A DNA stretch of 12,665 nt, taken from assembly GCA_033442325.1 (NCBI GenBank), contig JAWQFM010000008.1, positions 1,498,018 through 1,510,682 of the forward strand, read 5' to 3'. Origin of the DNA: Salpingoeca rosetta (taxonomy: Eukaryota > Protista > Choanoflagellata). The notes beneath the pieces were generated by a model. That model made no database searches, was not told the origin of the DNA, and saw nothing but the letters and a program-made list of their open reading frames with translations. This document shows positions 1-10,095 of this stretch, piece after piece. Each line of letters starts with the position of its first letter. Within the stretch, counting starts at the first letter, position 1. The position numbers were made by a program, and so were the translations under genes.

Positions 1-1016
1 TAACGGCAGAGCAGTCCGCACGCGAAGCTGACGTCTGGTCTCGTGCGGTTGGCCCAGGTACAGGAGCGAGCCCACGAGGTTGCGGAAAGGCAGGCGTCGG
101 TCGGGCTGCTCGCTGATGCTGGAGGCGTCGATGCCAACACGCATGGGCGTGGACACGCTGGCTGCCGCTGCCAGGTTGTAGTCGTTGACGATGTCGTTGA
201 TGGCCTGTGTCTGCGCAATGTGCAACACCCCGTCAGCTGGTGACGTCAGGTGAAGGCCCAGGTACCAGGTGAGCGGGCCCAGGTCCTCTGCCTCGAAGCT
301 CTCCTTGATCTGCTGCTTGCAGGCACGGATGTGGCGCTCGCTGCTGCCGCTGATGATGAGGTCGTCGACGTACGTGATGATCCATGTGCGCTGTCCGTCG
401 TCGTGGAGCTTGGTGAAGAGGCAAGCGTCGACGTTGCTCTGCGCCCATCCGTTGGTCTTGAGGAAGGTGTGCAGCTTCTTGGCCCATGCACGGCCAGCTT
501 GCTTGAGACCGTAGAGCGGCTTGAGCAGCCGGCACACCTTGCCCGCGTAGCGTTGAGCGCCGTCGCCGATGTCGGTGAAGTGCGGCGGCAGCTCCATGTA
601 CAGCTCCTCCTTGAGATCAGCCTGCAGGTAAGCCGACTTGAAGTCAAGCTGGTGCAGCTGGTGCTGTCGTTGCAGGGAGACGGCGAGTACAGTGAGGATG
701 GTCTTGGCTGCTGGTGTTGGGGCGTAGGTCTGGTCGAAGTCGATGCCCGGTCGCTGGCTGAAGCCCTTGGCGACCCAGCGTGCCTTGAAGCGCGTCGGCG
801 TGCCTTCCGCATCACGCTTCACCTTGAAGACGAAGCGTGACTTGAGAGGCGTGTGCTGCCGTGGCACGGCGCTGCGTGGGATGAGCTTGATGACGCCGTT
901 GCGCTCCATGGCTCCGATCTCCTCCAAGCACGCCTGAGTCCACTGCTTGCGTTGCTGGCTCTTAAGTGCCTGCTTGATGCTTGCAGGCTCCGTGAGGCTG
1001 GTGTCGCCACTGCTGC
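1..1016 (-). mobile_element. Ty1/copia LTR retrotransposon fragment (element A), same family as element C; RT region only, bounded by the window edge and an N-gap
   Basis: 189-1016 aligns without indels to 6568-7395 (offset 6379), with about 15 substitutions by manual comparison. Confidence 0.93.
1..1016 (-). pseudogene. Partial copia pol, reverse transcriptase domain (element A)
   Basis: Minus-strand translation gives EPASIKQAL..W, FKARWVAKGFSQRPGIDF, QLDFKSAYL, LYGLKQAGR, YVDD (361-372), EDLGPLTWYLG and FRNLVGSLLYL. An apparent 1-nt insertion (CCC at 53-55) precedes ANRTRPDVSFA. Confidence 0.88.
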
Positions 1017-1255
1017 NNNNNNNNNNNNNNNNNNNNNNNNNNNNNNNNNNNNNNNNNNNNNNNNNNNNNNNNNNNNNNNNNNNNNNNNNNNNNNNNNNNN
1101 NNNNNNNNNNNNNNNNNNNNNNNNNNNNNNNNNNNNNCTGTCTTCCACATCACACAGTAAACCCACACAAACACACGCAGACAAGTGAGCATACCACTAC
1201 GCTAACGCACGCACACACAAACACACGCACATCCTCTGCTTGTCTTGCGTTCGAC

Positions 1256-2195
1256 ATGTCACACCAGCAGCTGCCTCATTGCCGAGCCCAAGCACCCACG
1301 GTGCTTCGGGTCCCCGCACTCGCTCCCGCGCTCAACGCGGCCCGCGCCGCACTGGCGCCCGCCACGACGTGGCGGACCATGATGACGACGATGACGAGGG
1401 CGATGGCGACGACCATGGCGCTCACCCATCTTCCTCCTCTTCCTCTCTCCCTTCTTCCGCCACTCCGAGCGGAGGAGCGCAGGTGGCGTCCCGAGCCTCT
1501 GGCCTGCTGGATCCCCGTGATCCACAGGTTGACGCAGCCATCTTCGCGTTCCTCCTTGGCGTCCTGACGGGACACCCGCTGCGGCTGGCCATCACCGACA
1601 ACCGTGGCCGCTCCGGTGTGCTTGCGCTGCGCCGCCTCCGCGAGCGCTACATCCGCAGCGGCAAGGACCACGTCAGTCGTCTCAGTCAGCAGCTCTCCTC
1701 GACCACCTGGTTGCCCACGGACACCGTCGACACGTTCATGTCCCGCATTACGGACATCAACTCGCAGCTCCTTGCTGCCGGCGTGTCCATCCCGGAGGAC
1801 GACCTGCGCACCCTCGTCCGCAACGAACTCCCCGCAGAGTTTGATGTGGCGATGCGGTTCATGGAGCGCGAGGACCCGCCGCCATCGCTGTCCAAGATGA
1901 CGGCGGACCTCATCCAGGAGGAGCGCCGCCTGCATCGTCCCAAGAAGCGCACGCCCGTGCTCGCCATCGGCGGGCCAAGCCCCGGCTCCTTCGCTGCATC
2001 GCCGATGCACGCTGGCACGTCGCCCTCCGACACGAGCGGTGGACCATGCTGTCCACCTGCAGAGCGCGTGACTTGCGCGTTCTGCAACTTCCGCGGCCAC
2101 TGCGCGCAGCAGTGCCGCAAGCTGCAGGCGGCCAAGCGCTACCACGTCATCGACGTGCGGCAGATCCTGGCTACGCTTCGCAACCACGGCAACGG
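1256..2195 (+). pseudogene. Copia Gag with CCHC zinc knuckle (element B); start uncertain, runs into a gap
   Basis: Frame +1 encodes a UBN2-like Gag core (LRRLRERY...TVDTFMSRITDINSQLLAAGVSIPEDD...LPAEF) and CX2CX4HX4C, CAFCNFRGHCAQQC, at 2074-2115. The nearest ATG (1256) is out of frame by 1 nt. Confidence 0.85.
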
Positions 2196-3069
2196 NNNNN
2201 NNNNNNNNNNNNNNNNNNNNNNNNNNNNNNNNNNNNNNNNNNNNNNNNNNNNNNNNNNNNNNNNNNNNNNNNNNNNNNNNNNNNNNNNNNNNNNNNNNNN
2301 NNNNNNNNNNNNNNNNNNNNNNNNNNNNNNNNNNNNNNNNNNNNNNNNNNNNNNNNNNNNNNNNNNNNNNNNNNNNNNNNNNNNNNNNNNNNNNNNNNNN
2401 NNNNNNNNNNNNNNNNNNNNNNNNNNNNNNNNNNNNNNNNNNNNNNNNNNNNNNNNNNNNNNNNNNNNNNNNNNNNNNNNNNNNNNNNNNNNNNNNNNNN
2501 NNNNNNNNNNNNNNNNNNNNNNNNNNNNNNNNNNNNNNNNNNNNNNNNNNNNNNNNNNNNNNNNNNNNNNNNNNNNNNNNNNNNNNNNNNNNNNNNNNNN
2601 NNNNNNNNNNNNNNNNNNNNNNNNNNNNNNNNNNNNNNNNNNNNNNNNNNNNNNNNNNNNNNNNNNNNNNNNNNNNNNNNNNNNNNNNNNNNNNNNNNNN
2701 NNNNNNNNNNNNNNNNNNNNNNNNNNNNNNNNNNNNNNNNNNNNNNNNNNNNNNNNNNNNNNNNNNNNNNNNNNNNNNNNNNNNNNNNNNNNNNNNNNNN
2801 NNNNNNNNNNNNNNNNNNNNNNNNNNNNNNNNNNNNNNNNNNNNNNNNNNNNNNNNNNNNNNNNNNNNNNNNNNNNNNNNNNNNNNNNNNNNNNNNNNNN
2901 NNNNNNNNNNNNNNNNNNNNNNNNNNNNNNNNNNNNNNNNNNNNNNNNNNNNNNNNNNNNNNNNNNNNNNNNNNNNNNNNNNNNNNNNNNNNNNNNNNNN
3001 NNNNNNNNNNNNNNNNNNNNNNNNNNNNNNNNNNNNNNNNNNNNNNNNNNNNNNNNNNNNNNNNNNNNN

Positions 3070-4118
3070 TTCATCGACGACTGCACGCGTTTCGCCTGGA
3101 CGTTCCTCATCCGGCACAAGACGACGTCGGTGCGGCCCTGGAGCAGCTGCGCAAGGACCGCCACGTCGTCAACGCGCTCCGAGGCGCCACGCTGCAGACG
3201 GACAGCGACGCCGTCTTCAAGAGCCAGGACTTCACCGACCTGTGCCTGGCCTTCGACATCAAGCAGCGCTTCTCGCCACCGCACTCGGAGGCCAAGAACG
3301 GATCCGCAGAGCGCACCTTCCGCACCCTCTTCGAGACGGCGCGTACGATGCTGTTTGCTGCGGACCTGGACAAGCCGTTCTGGGGCTTCGCCGTGCAGCA
3401 CGCCACGCTGCTGCACAACATCGCGCCACGCAGGAGCCTCAAGGACAAGTCATCGTTCGAGGCCCTGACTGGGCACCCCTTCGACGTCAGCCTGTTGCGC
3501 GTCTTCGGCTCGCCGGCCTACGTGCATGTGGAGAAGAGCAGCACGCGGCACAAGCTTGACCCACGCTCACGCGTCGGCGTCTACGTCGGGTTCGCCGAGG
3601 AGGACCAGGCCCACGTCGTCTGGATGCCGGACACGCGACGCGTTGTCCACACCATCCACGCTCGCTTCGGCGCCATCAAGAACAAGCACGCCGCCTCCTC
3701 TCAGCAGCAGCAAGAGCAGAACAGCGGTGCCTCTGCTTCGCATGCCAACAACACCGCTCAGCGTTCGACCGAGGACAGTGCCACCGGCGCTCCCACTGCA
3801 CCACGTGCGGGGGAGCCGCAGCTCCAGCCACGCGCCCTTGGCGGCTCCGTCTGGGACCAGCTGCTGTTGTCCGAGACCCTCGGTGACAAGGACACCTCTG
3901 GTGGCTCAACCACCACGTGTCACGTTGCCACCAGCGCTGCTGGTACGGGGGAGAAGACATCAGCAGTGGGTGGTCATCTACCAGACATCGCTGCTGGCAG
4001 TTTTGCCACGTCAGCTGAGCCAGCCACCGTCAAGGACGCGCTTGCCTCGCCAGACTCCGAGGAATGGCGCCAAGCCATCCTGGACGAGTTTGCGGCAATG
4101 CAGGCCAATGACTGTTGA
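3070..4118 (+). pseudogene. Integrase core, SH3-like C-terminus and IN-RT linker (element B)
   Basis: FIDDCTRFAW (frame +1), 1-nt frameshift near 3121, then LQTDSDAVF, SPPHSEAKNGSAERTFRTL, FWGFAV, LRVFGSPAYVHV, KLDPRSRVGVYVGF and EPATVKDAL..W. In-frame TGA at 4116-4118. Confidence 0.9.
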
Positions 4119-4139
4119 CAGGCAAGTCCTGTCTGCTGA

Positions 4140-5202
4140 GTTCCCAAGGGCCACAAGCTGCTCCGCAGCATGGTCATCTTTCGGAGGAAGCGCGATGACC
4201 AGGGCAAGGTGATCAAGTACAAGGCGCGCTGGGTTGCCAAAGGCTACTCCCAGGTCCACGGTGTCAACTACACGGACACCTTTGCCCCGACGGCTACCAT
4301 CGCAGCCATCCGCACCATGCTCGCCATGGCCGTCGCGCGTGGCATGAACGTCCAGCAGATGGACGTCAACACGGCGTTCCTCAACGCGCCCGTGGATCAC
4401 GAGATCTACGTCCAGCCACCGGCCGTCGACGGCATCTTCTCGCCGAATACGGTGCTGCGCCTCAAGCGTGGGCTGTATGGGCTGAAGCAGAGCCCGCGCC
4501 TGTGGAACCACACGCTGGACGCCTGGATGCGCGAGCAGGACTTCGTCGCCACAGCCACGGACGCCTGCATCTACCGCCGCACCTGCAAGGGTGGCAAAGT
4601 GATGTGGGTTGCCGTCTACGTGGACGACCTCCTCATCTTCGCCGACAGCGACAGCGACATGGCCGCGTTCAAGAAGGCCATCTCCAAGCGCTTCAAGATG
4701 AAGGACCTGGGCAGCCCAGACATATGTCTCGGCATCAAGGTGCAGCACGACCGCAAGGCCAGGACCGTCACATGAGCCAGGAGCACTACCTGCGCAACGT
4801 GCTGGAGACCTTCGGCATGGCTGACTGCAAGCCGGTCGGCACGCCGCTCTGCACGGGCTACGTCGACAGGCCAGCCGACAAGGAGGAGCCACTCCCGGAC
4901 GTGCCGTTCCGCGAGCTGCTTGGCTCCCTCCTCTATGCTGCGACGATGACGCGCCCAGACATCTCGGCGGCTGTCTCCATGCTGTCTCGCCGCATGCAGC
5001 ATTTTGGCATGGACCACTGGAAGGCTGCCAAGCACCTTCTTCGCTACATCAAGGGCACCTTGTCCTACACCATCAAGTACGCCGCCACTGGCGAAACCAG
5101 CAACGGCAGCACTGCCGACGGCGTGCTCTCAGCGTACTCGGATGCGTCGTTCGCCTCCGACGTTGACACGCGACGTTCCCGCACGGGCTTCGTCGTCTTC
5201 TG
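4140..5202 (+). pseudogene. Reverse transcriptase and N-terminal RNase H (element B), truncated by the insertion of C
   Basis: KYKARWVAKGYSQ, QMDVNTAFLN, LYGLKQSPRLW, YVDD (4617-4628), KMKDLG; 1-nt frameshift near 4771; then MSQEHY, LGSLLY..TRPDI and AYSDASFASDVDTRRSRTGFVVF(C), ending at the LTR boundary 5203. Confidence 0.92.
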
Positions 5203-5748
5203 TGTTGAGACACGACAGGTGGTGTGTGTGTGTTTACTGTAGGCAAACGCAACAAACAAGAACACAAGGAGAATGAACAAGCACAACAAGCTGCTGCCAA
5301 ATCAACTCGGGCAGCACGCTCAAACAAACACTAGACAAGTGCACACACAGTCAATGACGCTGCCAAGGCGACATGGGCAGAGTGTGCACGAACACAAACA
5401 ATCTAAACAGCGAACAGCATGCATACATGCGCGCAAAGCAATGCTAGGCATGGCATGAATGCTTGCAGGCAAGCATACACTTCACAACACTGCATGGCAC
5501 GCACACATGGCATTTGCCAAGCATGACGGGCATGCACACACACATGGCACACATGACACACAACTCACGTGTGCAGGGGAAGGAGGAGAGGAGAGGCAGT
5601 TGGCACACATGCATGCCAGCAGAGAGGAAGGAATGTTTGCCAACGGAAAAACCACAAAGCAGGTGTTGTTGGCAAACAAGACAAAACCACATGAGAAGGC
5701 AAAGTAGGAAGGACTCAACACAAAACAGAAACTCACTCACTCTCAACA
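5203..5748 (-). repeat. 3' LTR of element C (546 bp)
   Basis: Ends are an 8-bp perfect inverted repeat, TGTTGAGA (5203-5210) and TCTCAACA (5741-5748). 5203-5431 is repeated at 10096-10324, and the PPT is adjacent. Confidence 0.95.
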
Positions 5749-6332
5749 CTCCCCCTCAACTGCCTTCCTCTGCTCCGCCTCAGCCGTCGAAGTTCCCACC
5801 AGTCGTGGCAGGTGCTGCTCGAAGGTCTGCTTGTCTAGTGCCTTTGTCAGCGCGTCGGCAACCATCTGCGTGCCGGGACAGTGCTGCAGCACAATGGTTC
5901 CGTCGGCGATGAGCTCCCGCACGAAGTGGTGGCGTACCCGGATGTGCTTCGTGCGCGGCTTGGTGACGTGGTCGTTGCCGATGGCGATGGCCGCCTGGTT
6001 ATCTGTCAGCATCTTGGTGGCTCCAGCCTCGGGCTCGTCGAGGTCCATGAGCAGCTGCCGCAGGAAGACGACATCCTGCGCTGCAGCGGAGATGGCCATG
6101 TACTCGGCCTCGGCGGTGCTCAGCGCAACCGTGGGTTGCAGCCGGCTGCTCCAAGACACAAGACAGCCGTTGATGTAGCAGGTGAAGCCCGTCGTGGAGC
6201 GGCCCGTCAGCTGGTCCGTGCCGAAGCTGGCATCGCTGTAGCACACCAGGTCCAGCTGGTGCTTGCGCGTGCCAGTGCGACTGTTGTAGATGGAGGCGGT
6301 GCTCGGTTTATAGTCTTCAGGTACAGTACCGC
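5743..6332 (-). CDS. RNase H domain, C-terminus of pol (element C)
   Basis: CYSDASF..D..TGRSTTG, VSWSSRLQPTVALSTAEAEY, TDNQAAI, RTKHIRVRHHFVRE and QMVADALTK; stop TGA at 5745-5743. Confidence 0.93.
5749..5757 (-). promoter_or_regulatory. Polypurine tract (plus-strand primer) of element C
   Basis: Minus strand reads GAGGGGGAG immediately before the TGTTGAGA start of the 3' LTR. Confidence 0.9.
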
Positions 6333-6567
6333 NNNNNNNNNNNNNNNNNNNNNNNNNNNNNNNNNNNNNNNNNNNNNNNNNNNNNNNNNNNNNNNNNNNN
6401 NNNNNNNNNNNNNNNNNNNNNNNNNNNNNNNNNNNNNNNNNNNNNNNNNNNNNNNNNNNNNNNNNNNNNNNNNNNNNNNNNNNNNNNNNNNNNNNNNNNN
6501 NNNNNNNNNNNNNNNNNNNNNNNNNNNNNNNNNNNNNNNNNNNNNNNNNNNNNNNNNNNNNNNNNNN

Positions 6568-7486
6568 CGATGTCGTTGATGGCCTGTGTCTGCGCAATGT
6601 GCAACACCCCGTCAGCTGGTGACGTCAGGTGAAGGCCCAGGTACCAGGTGAGCGGGCCCAGGTCCTCTGCCTCGAAGCTCTCCTTGATCTGCTGCTTGCA
6701 GGCACGGATGTGGCGCTCGCTGCTGCCGCTGATGATGAGGTCGTCGACGTACGTGATGATCCATGTGCGCTGTCCGTCGTCGTGGAGCTTGGTGAAGAGG
6801 CAAGCGTCGACGTTGCTTTGCGCCCATCCGTTGGTCTTGAGGAAGGTGTGCAGCTTCTTGGCCCATGCACGGCCAGCTTGCTTGAGGCCGTAGAGCGGCT
6901 TGAGCAGCCGGCACACCTTGCCCGCGTAGCGTTGAGCGCCGTCGCCGATGTCGGTGAAGTGCGGCGGCAGCTCCATGTACAGCTCCTCCTTGAGATCAGC
7001 CTGCAGGTAAGCCGACTTGAAGTCGAGCTGGTGCAGCTGGTGCTGTCGTTGCAGGGAGACGGCGAGCACAGTGAGGATGGTCTTGGCTGCTGGTGTTGGG
7101 GCGTAGGTCTGGTCGAAGTCGATGCCTGGTCGTTGGCTGAAGCCCTTGGCGACCCAGCGTGCCTTGAAGCGCGTCGGCGCGCCCTCAGCATCACGCTTCA
7201 CCTTGAAGACCAAGCGTGACTTGAGAGGCGTGTGCTGCCGTGGCACGACGCTGCGTGGGATGAGCTTGATGACGCCGTTGCGCTCCATGGCCCCGATCTC
7301 CTCCAAGCATGCCTGAGTCCACTGCTTGCGTTGCTGGCTCTTGAGTGCCTGCTTGATGCTTGCAGGCTCCGTGAGGCTGGTGTCGTCACTGCTGCTTGCT
7401 GTGAACGCGCCTGCCTCGGTGTCGCTTGCATCTGTTGTGTCTGGATCGTAGTTGGCGTCGTTGGTGTCGCTGCTGCTGTCGTCGTC
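6568..7486 (-). CDS. IN-RT linker and reverse transcriptase (element C)
   Basis: Open frame DDDSSSDTND...EPASIKQALKSQQRKQWTQACLEEIGAM...FKARWVAKGFSQ...QLDFKSAYL...LYGLKQAGR...YVDD (6751-6740); continues into the 6333-6567 gap. Confidence 0.92.
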
Positions 7487-9972
7487 AAGTCCGTGAGCAG
7501 GAAGTCTGTCTCGACATCATCGTCCTGGTCCTCGTCGATGTGAACTGTTGGTTGCTCACCGTCAGTGGTGCTGTTGCTGCTGTCACGTGCACTGGGAAGC
7601 TGGAGCATGGACGATGTCGTGGATGTCTGCACTTGCTCCTCCGCCTCATCCACGACATCATCGGCCTTGGAGAAGGGAAGGAAGCGGACGTGGATGGAGG
7701 ACACAACGGTGTTTGTGTCTGCGAAGTAGACGAGGTGGCTGTTGCTGCTGCTGTTGTGGCCGACGTAGATGCCTCGGCGGCCCTTGGGCTGCAGGCGTCC
7801 GCGCTGTGTGCTGATGTGGACGACGGCCGGCTGCCCGAAGACGTGCAGCTGCGGCACGTGCTTGGGCAGCGAGCCCGTGACAATCTGCAGCGGTGTCTTG
7901 CCGTGGAGGGAAGGGCGAGGCATGTTGTTGAGGATGTGGAGGGCGTGGTTGCAGGCGAGGCTCCAGTACGATGCGTCGAGGCCTGCACCCGTGATCATGG
8001 CTCGCACCATGTCGGAGAGGGTGCGCACCTGTCGCTCGACGATGCCATTCTGCGCCTGGGTGTACGGCGGGGACTGCTGGTGCTGCTTCAGGTGCTTCTT
8101 GACGATGGCCTGGAAGTCAGCTCCGAGGAAGATGGCATCGGAATCCGTCTGGAGTGCTGTTGTTGTGGGTGAGATGGGGAGCTTGGTCTCGCGCAGGAAA
8201 GACTGGAACGCGGCAACTGCGTCCTTCTTGGCATTGAGATGGACTGCATGCAGGAGCTTGCTGCCCTCATCGACGATGACGAGGCTGTAGCGCTTGCCCG
8301 TGGGTGAGTCCGCGGTCCAGTCGACGATGTCGGCGTGGATGCGCTCGCCGGGCACCTGTGTGCGCTCCGCGTGCTTGCTGACGCTGTGACGAGTGCTCTT
8401 GGTCACTGCGCACGTTGTACACTGCTTGCTGCTGATGGCGTTGCGATCGTCGATGCCCATCAGCTTGCAGTACTGCTGCACGTCGTTGTCGTTGCGGTGG
8501 CCAAGTACCTCATGCATCGATGGTNNNNNNNNNNNNNNNNNNNNNNNNNNNNNNNNNNNNNNNNNNNNNNNNNNNNNNNNNNNNNNNNNNNNNNNNNNNN
8601 NNNNNNNNNNNNNNNNNNNNNNNNNNNNNNNNNNNNNNNNNNNNNNNNNNNNNNNNNNNNNNNNNNNNNNNNNNNNNNNNNNNNNNNNNNNNNNNNNNNN
8701 NNNNNNNNNNNNNNNNNNNNNNNNNNNNNNNNNNNNNNNNNNNNNNNNNNNNNNNNNNNNNNNNNNNNNNNNNNNNNNNNNNNNNNNNNNNNNNNNGTAG
8801 AGGCACTCCTGTAGCACAATCTGCATCGTAGCTCCGCTCGTCGTGCGTGCATGCAACAGCACAGAGCCAACACCGCGCACGGGCACACGTGTGCCGCCAA
8901 ACGCAGTGATGTGGCGTGGATGGTGCTGTTGCAGGTGCGGTGACAGCTCCACGAAGGCGTCCTTGACGAAGGTGAGGTGGTGTGAAGCACCAGTGTCTGC
9001 AAGCCACGTGAGTGGGTCATGCAGCTGCGTGGGTGTAGTAGCTGTGGCAGCGACGAAGGTTGCTGCGTCTTGACCATGTTGATGCTGTGCCTGTGCAGTG
9101 AAGCCTGTTGCTCCGTTGTCGCGTTGCTTCTTGCGACACTCTGCTGCACGGTGTCCATACTTGCCACAGTAGTGACAGTTGCCACGGAAGCGGCGCCCTT
9201 TGCCGTTGCTGTTGCCGTTGCTGTTTCCATTGTTGCGTCCCTGGCGTCCGTGGTTGTTGCTGCTGTTGGAGAAGCCGCGTCTTTCGCCTCTGCGTGGCGG
9301 TGCGCTTGCCATGAAGCCGCCTGCCTGCGGCTGTGTGCGTGAACCACGCATCTGCTGCTCCAGCTGCTGCAGCCTGATGCTGAGCTCGAGAAGGGAGGGA
9401 AAGCGGCCACTGGCAAAGTAGGGAAGCGTGAGCGGGGCTGTCCAGCGTGGCAGCTGCTTCCAGACGATGGTGAAGAGGTCCTCGTTGTCCTGGCGCACGC
9501 CTGCGTCCTGCAACTGCTGCTGCAGCTCCATGTGTCGCTCGAAGAAGCGGGCGAGGTTGCCGCAGGGGACGTGAAGCTGCGCCTCCTTGAGCTCTGCGAT
9601 GCGGAGGCGGTCCTGCGAAGCGTAGTGGTCCTTGAGCCGGGCCCATCCTTGGCCGGCGTTGACGTCTGCTTCTCCGTTGGTGAAGAGGAGAAGGGGGTAA
9701 CCTGAGAGCGTGGACGCGATGAGGTTTGCAGCGGTGAGGTTGGCGTGATCTCCTGCTGTCGGTCTCCTTGCACTTGAGCGTGTCGCTGAGCTTGGACCTC
9801 CCGATGACGATGCTCCTGCCTCCACAGCTGCCCAGACGTCGTCGCCGCGGAGCTTGAGCGCCATCTTCATGCGAATGCTCCACGCATGAAAGGTGCCGGG
9901 CGAGCCAGAGAACTTGGGCAGGTCCATCTTGAATCCTGGCGTGGAAACGACGTGGTCCGACGGGTCAGACAT
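7487..9972 (-). CDS. Gag-protease-integrase part of the gag-pol polyprotein (element C); joined to RT by a 1-nt frameshift near 7487
   Basis: ATG at 9972; Gag N-terminus LPKFSG..W..RMKMAL; knuckle CHYCGKYGHRAAEC (9177-9136); protease WLADTGASHHL (about 9006-8974); HHCC motif MHEVLGH...CTTC; core IHADIV / IVDEGS / LQTDSD / QNGIVERQVRTL; LQPKGRRGIYVGH. Confidence 0.93.
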
Positions 9973-10081
9973 ACTGCACGCTCAAGAAAGGTGATGGAGA
10001 AACAAGAGAGGGGAACAAGCAGAAGGGAGAGAAGACGCACAAGCGAGTGTGAGACAAGTAGCGATGATGATCAGGGGTGGT

Positions 10082-10095
10082 TGGGTCTCATAATC
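10082..10095 (-). promoter_or_regulatory. Primer-binding site of element C, half-tRNA-Met (anticodon-arm) type
   Basis: Minus strand GATTATGAGACCCA directly follows the LTR end ...CTCAACA. It contains the complement of the Met anticodon loop CUCAUAA, in the same geometry as copia GGTTATGGGCCC and Ty5 GGTTATGAGCCC. Confidence 0.8.

Larger units (their letters stand above)
1138..5202 (+). mobile_element. Ty1/copia LTR retrotransposon (element B), interrupted in RNase H by element C; LTRs and PBS not visible
   Basis: Domain order gag(CCHC)-[gap]-integrase-RT-RNase H, with IN before RT, is diagnostic of copia. The protein is clearly divergent from elements C and D. Confidence 0.93.

Noticed and set aside
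246-840. Long alternative-frame and antisense ORFs (e.g. 250-840, 4011-4892, 6629-7219, 7426-8172, 9017-9883)
   Set aside because: Shadow ORFs of GC-rich pol/gag with strong codon bias; no recognisable domains, and the A/C substitutions are synonymous mainly in the RT frame.
5273-5912. Small ORFs within the LTRs (also 10166 onward)
   Set aside because: Low-complexity H/T/Q or C/V translations of CA-rich LTR sequence; no coding evidence.
6317-6597. Apparent frame change between RT and RNase H of element C
   Set aside because: It spans an N-gap of estimated length, so the frame cannot be inferred.
7198-7486. C-terminal T/Q/S-rich tail of the 924-aa ORF as a real protein domain
   Set aside because: It is out-of-frame run-on after the frameshift; the overlapping frame encodes the conserved EP....AL...W start of RT.
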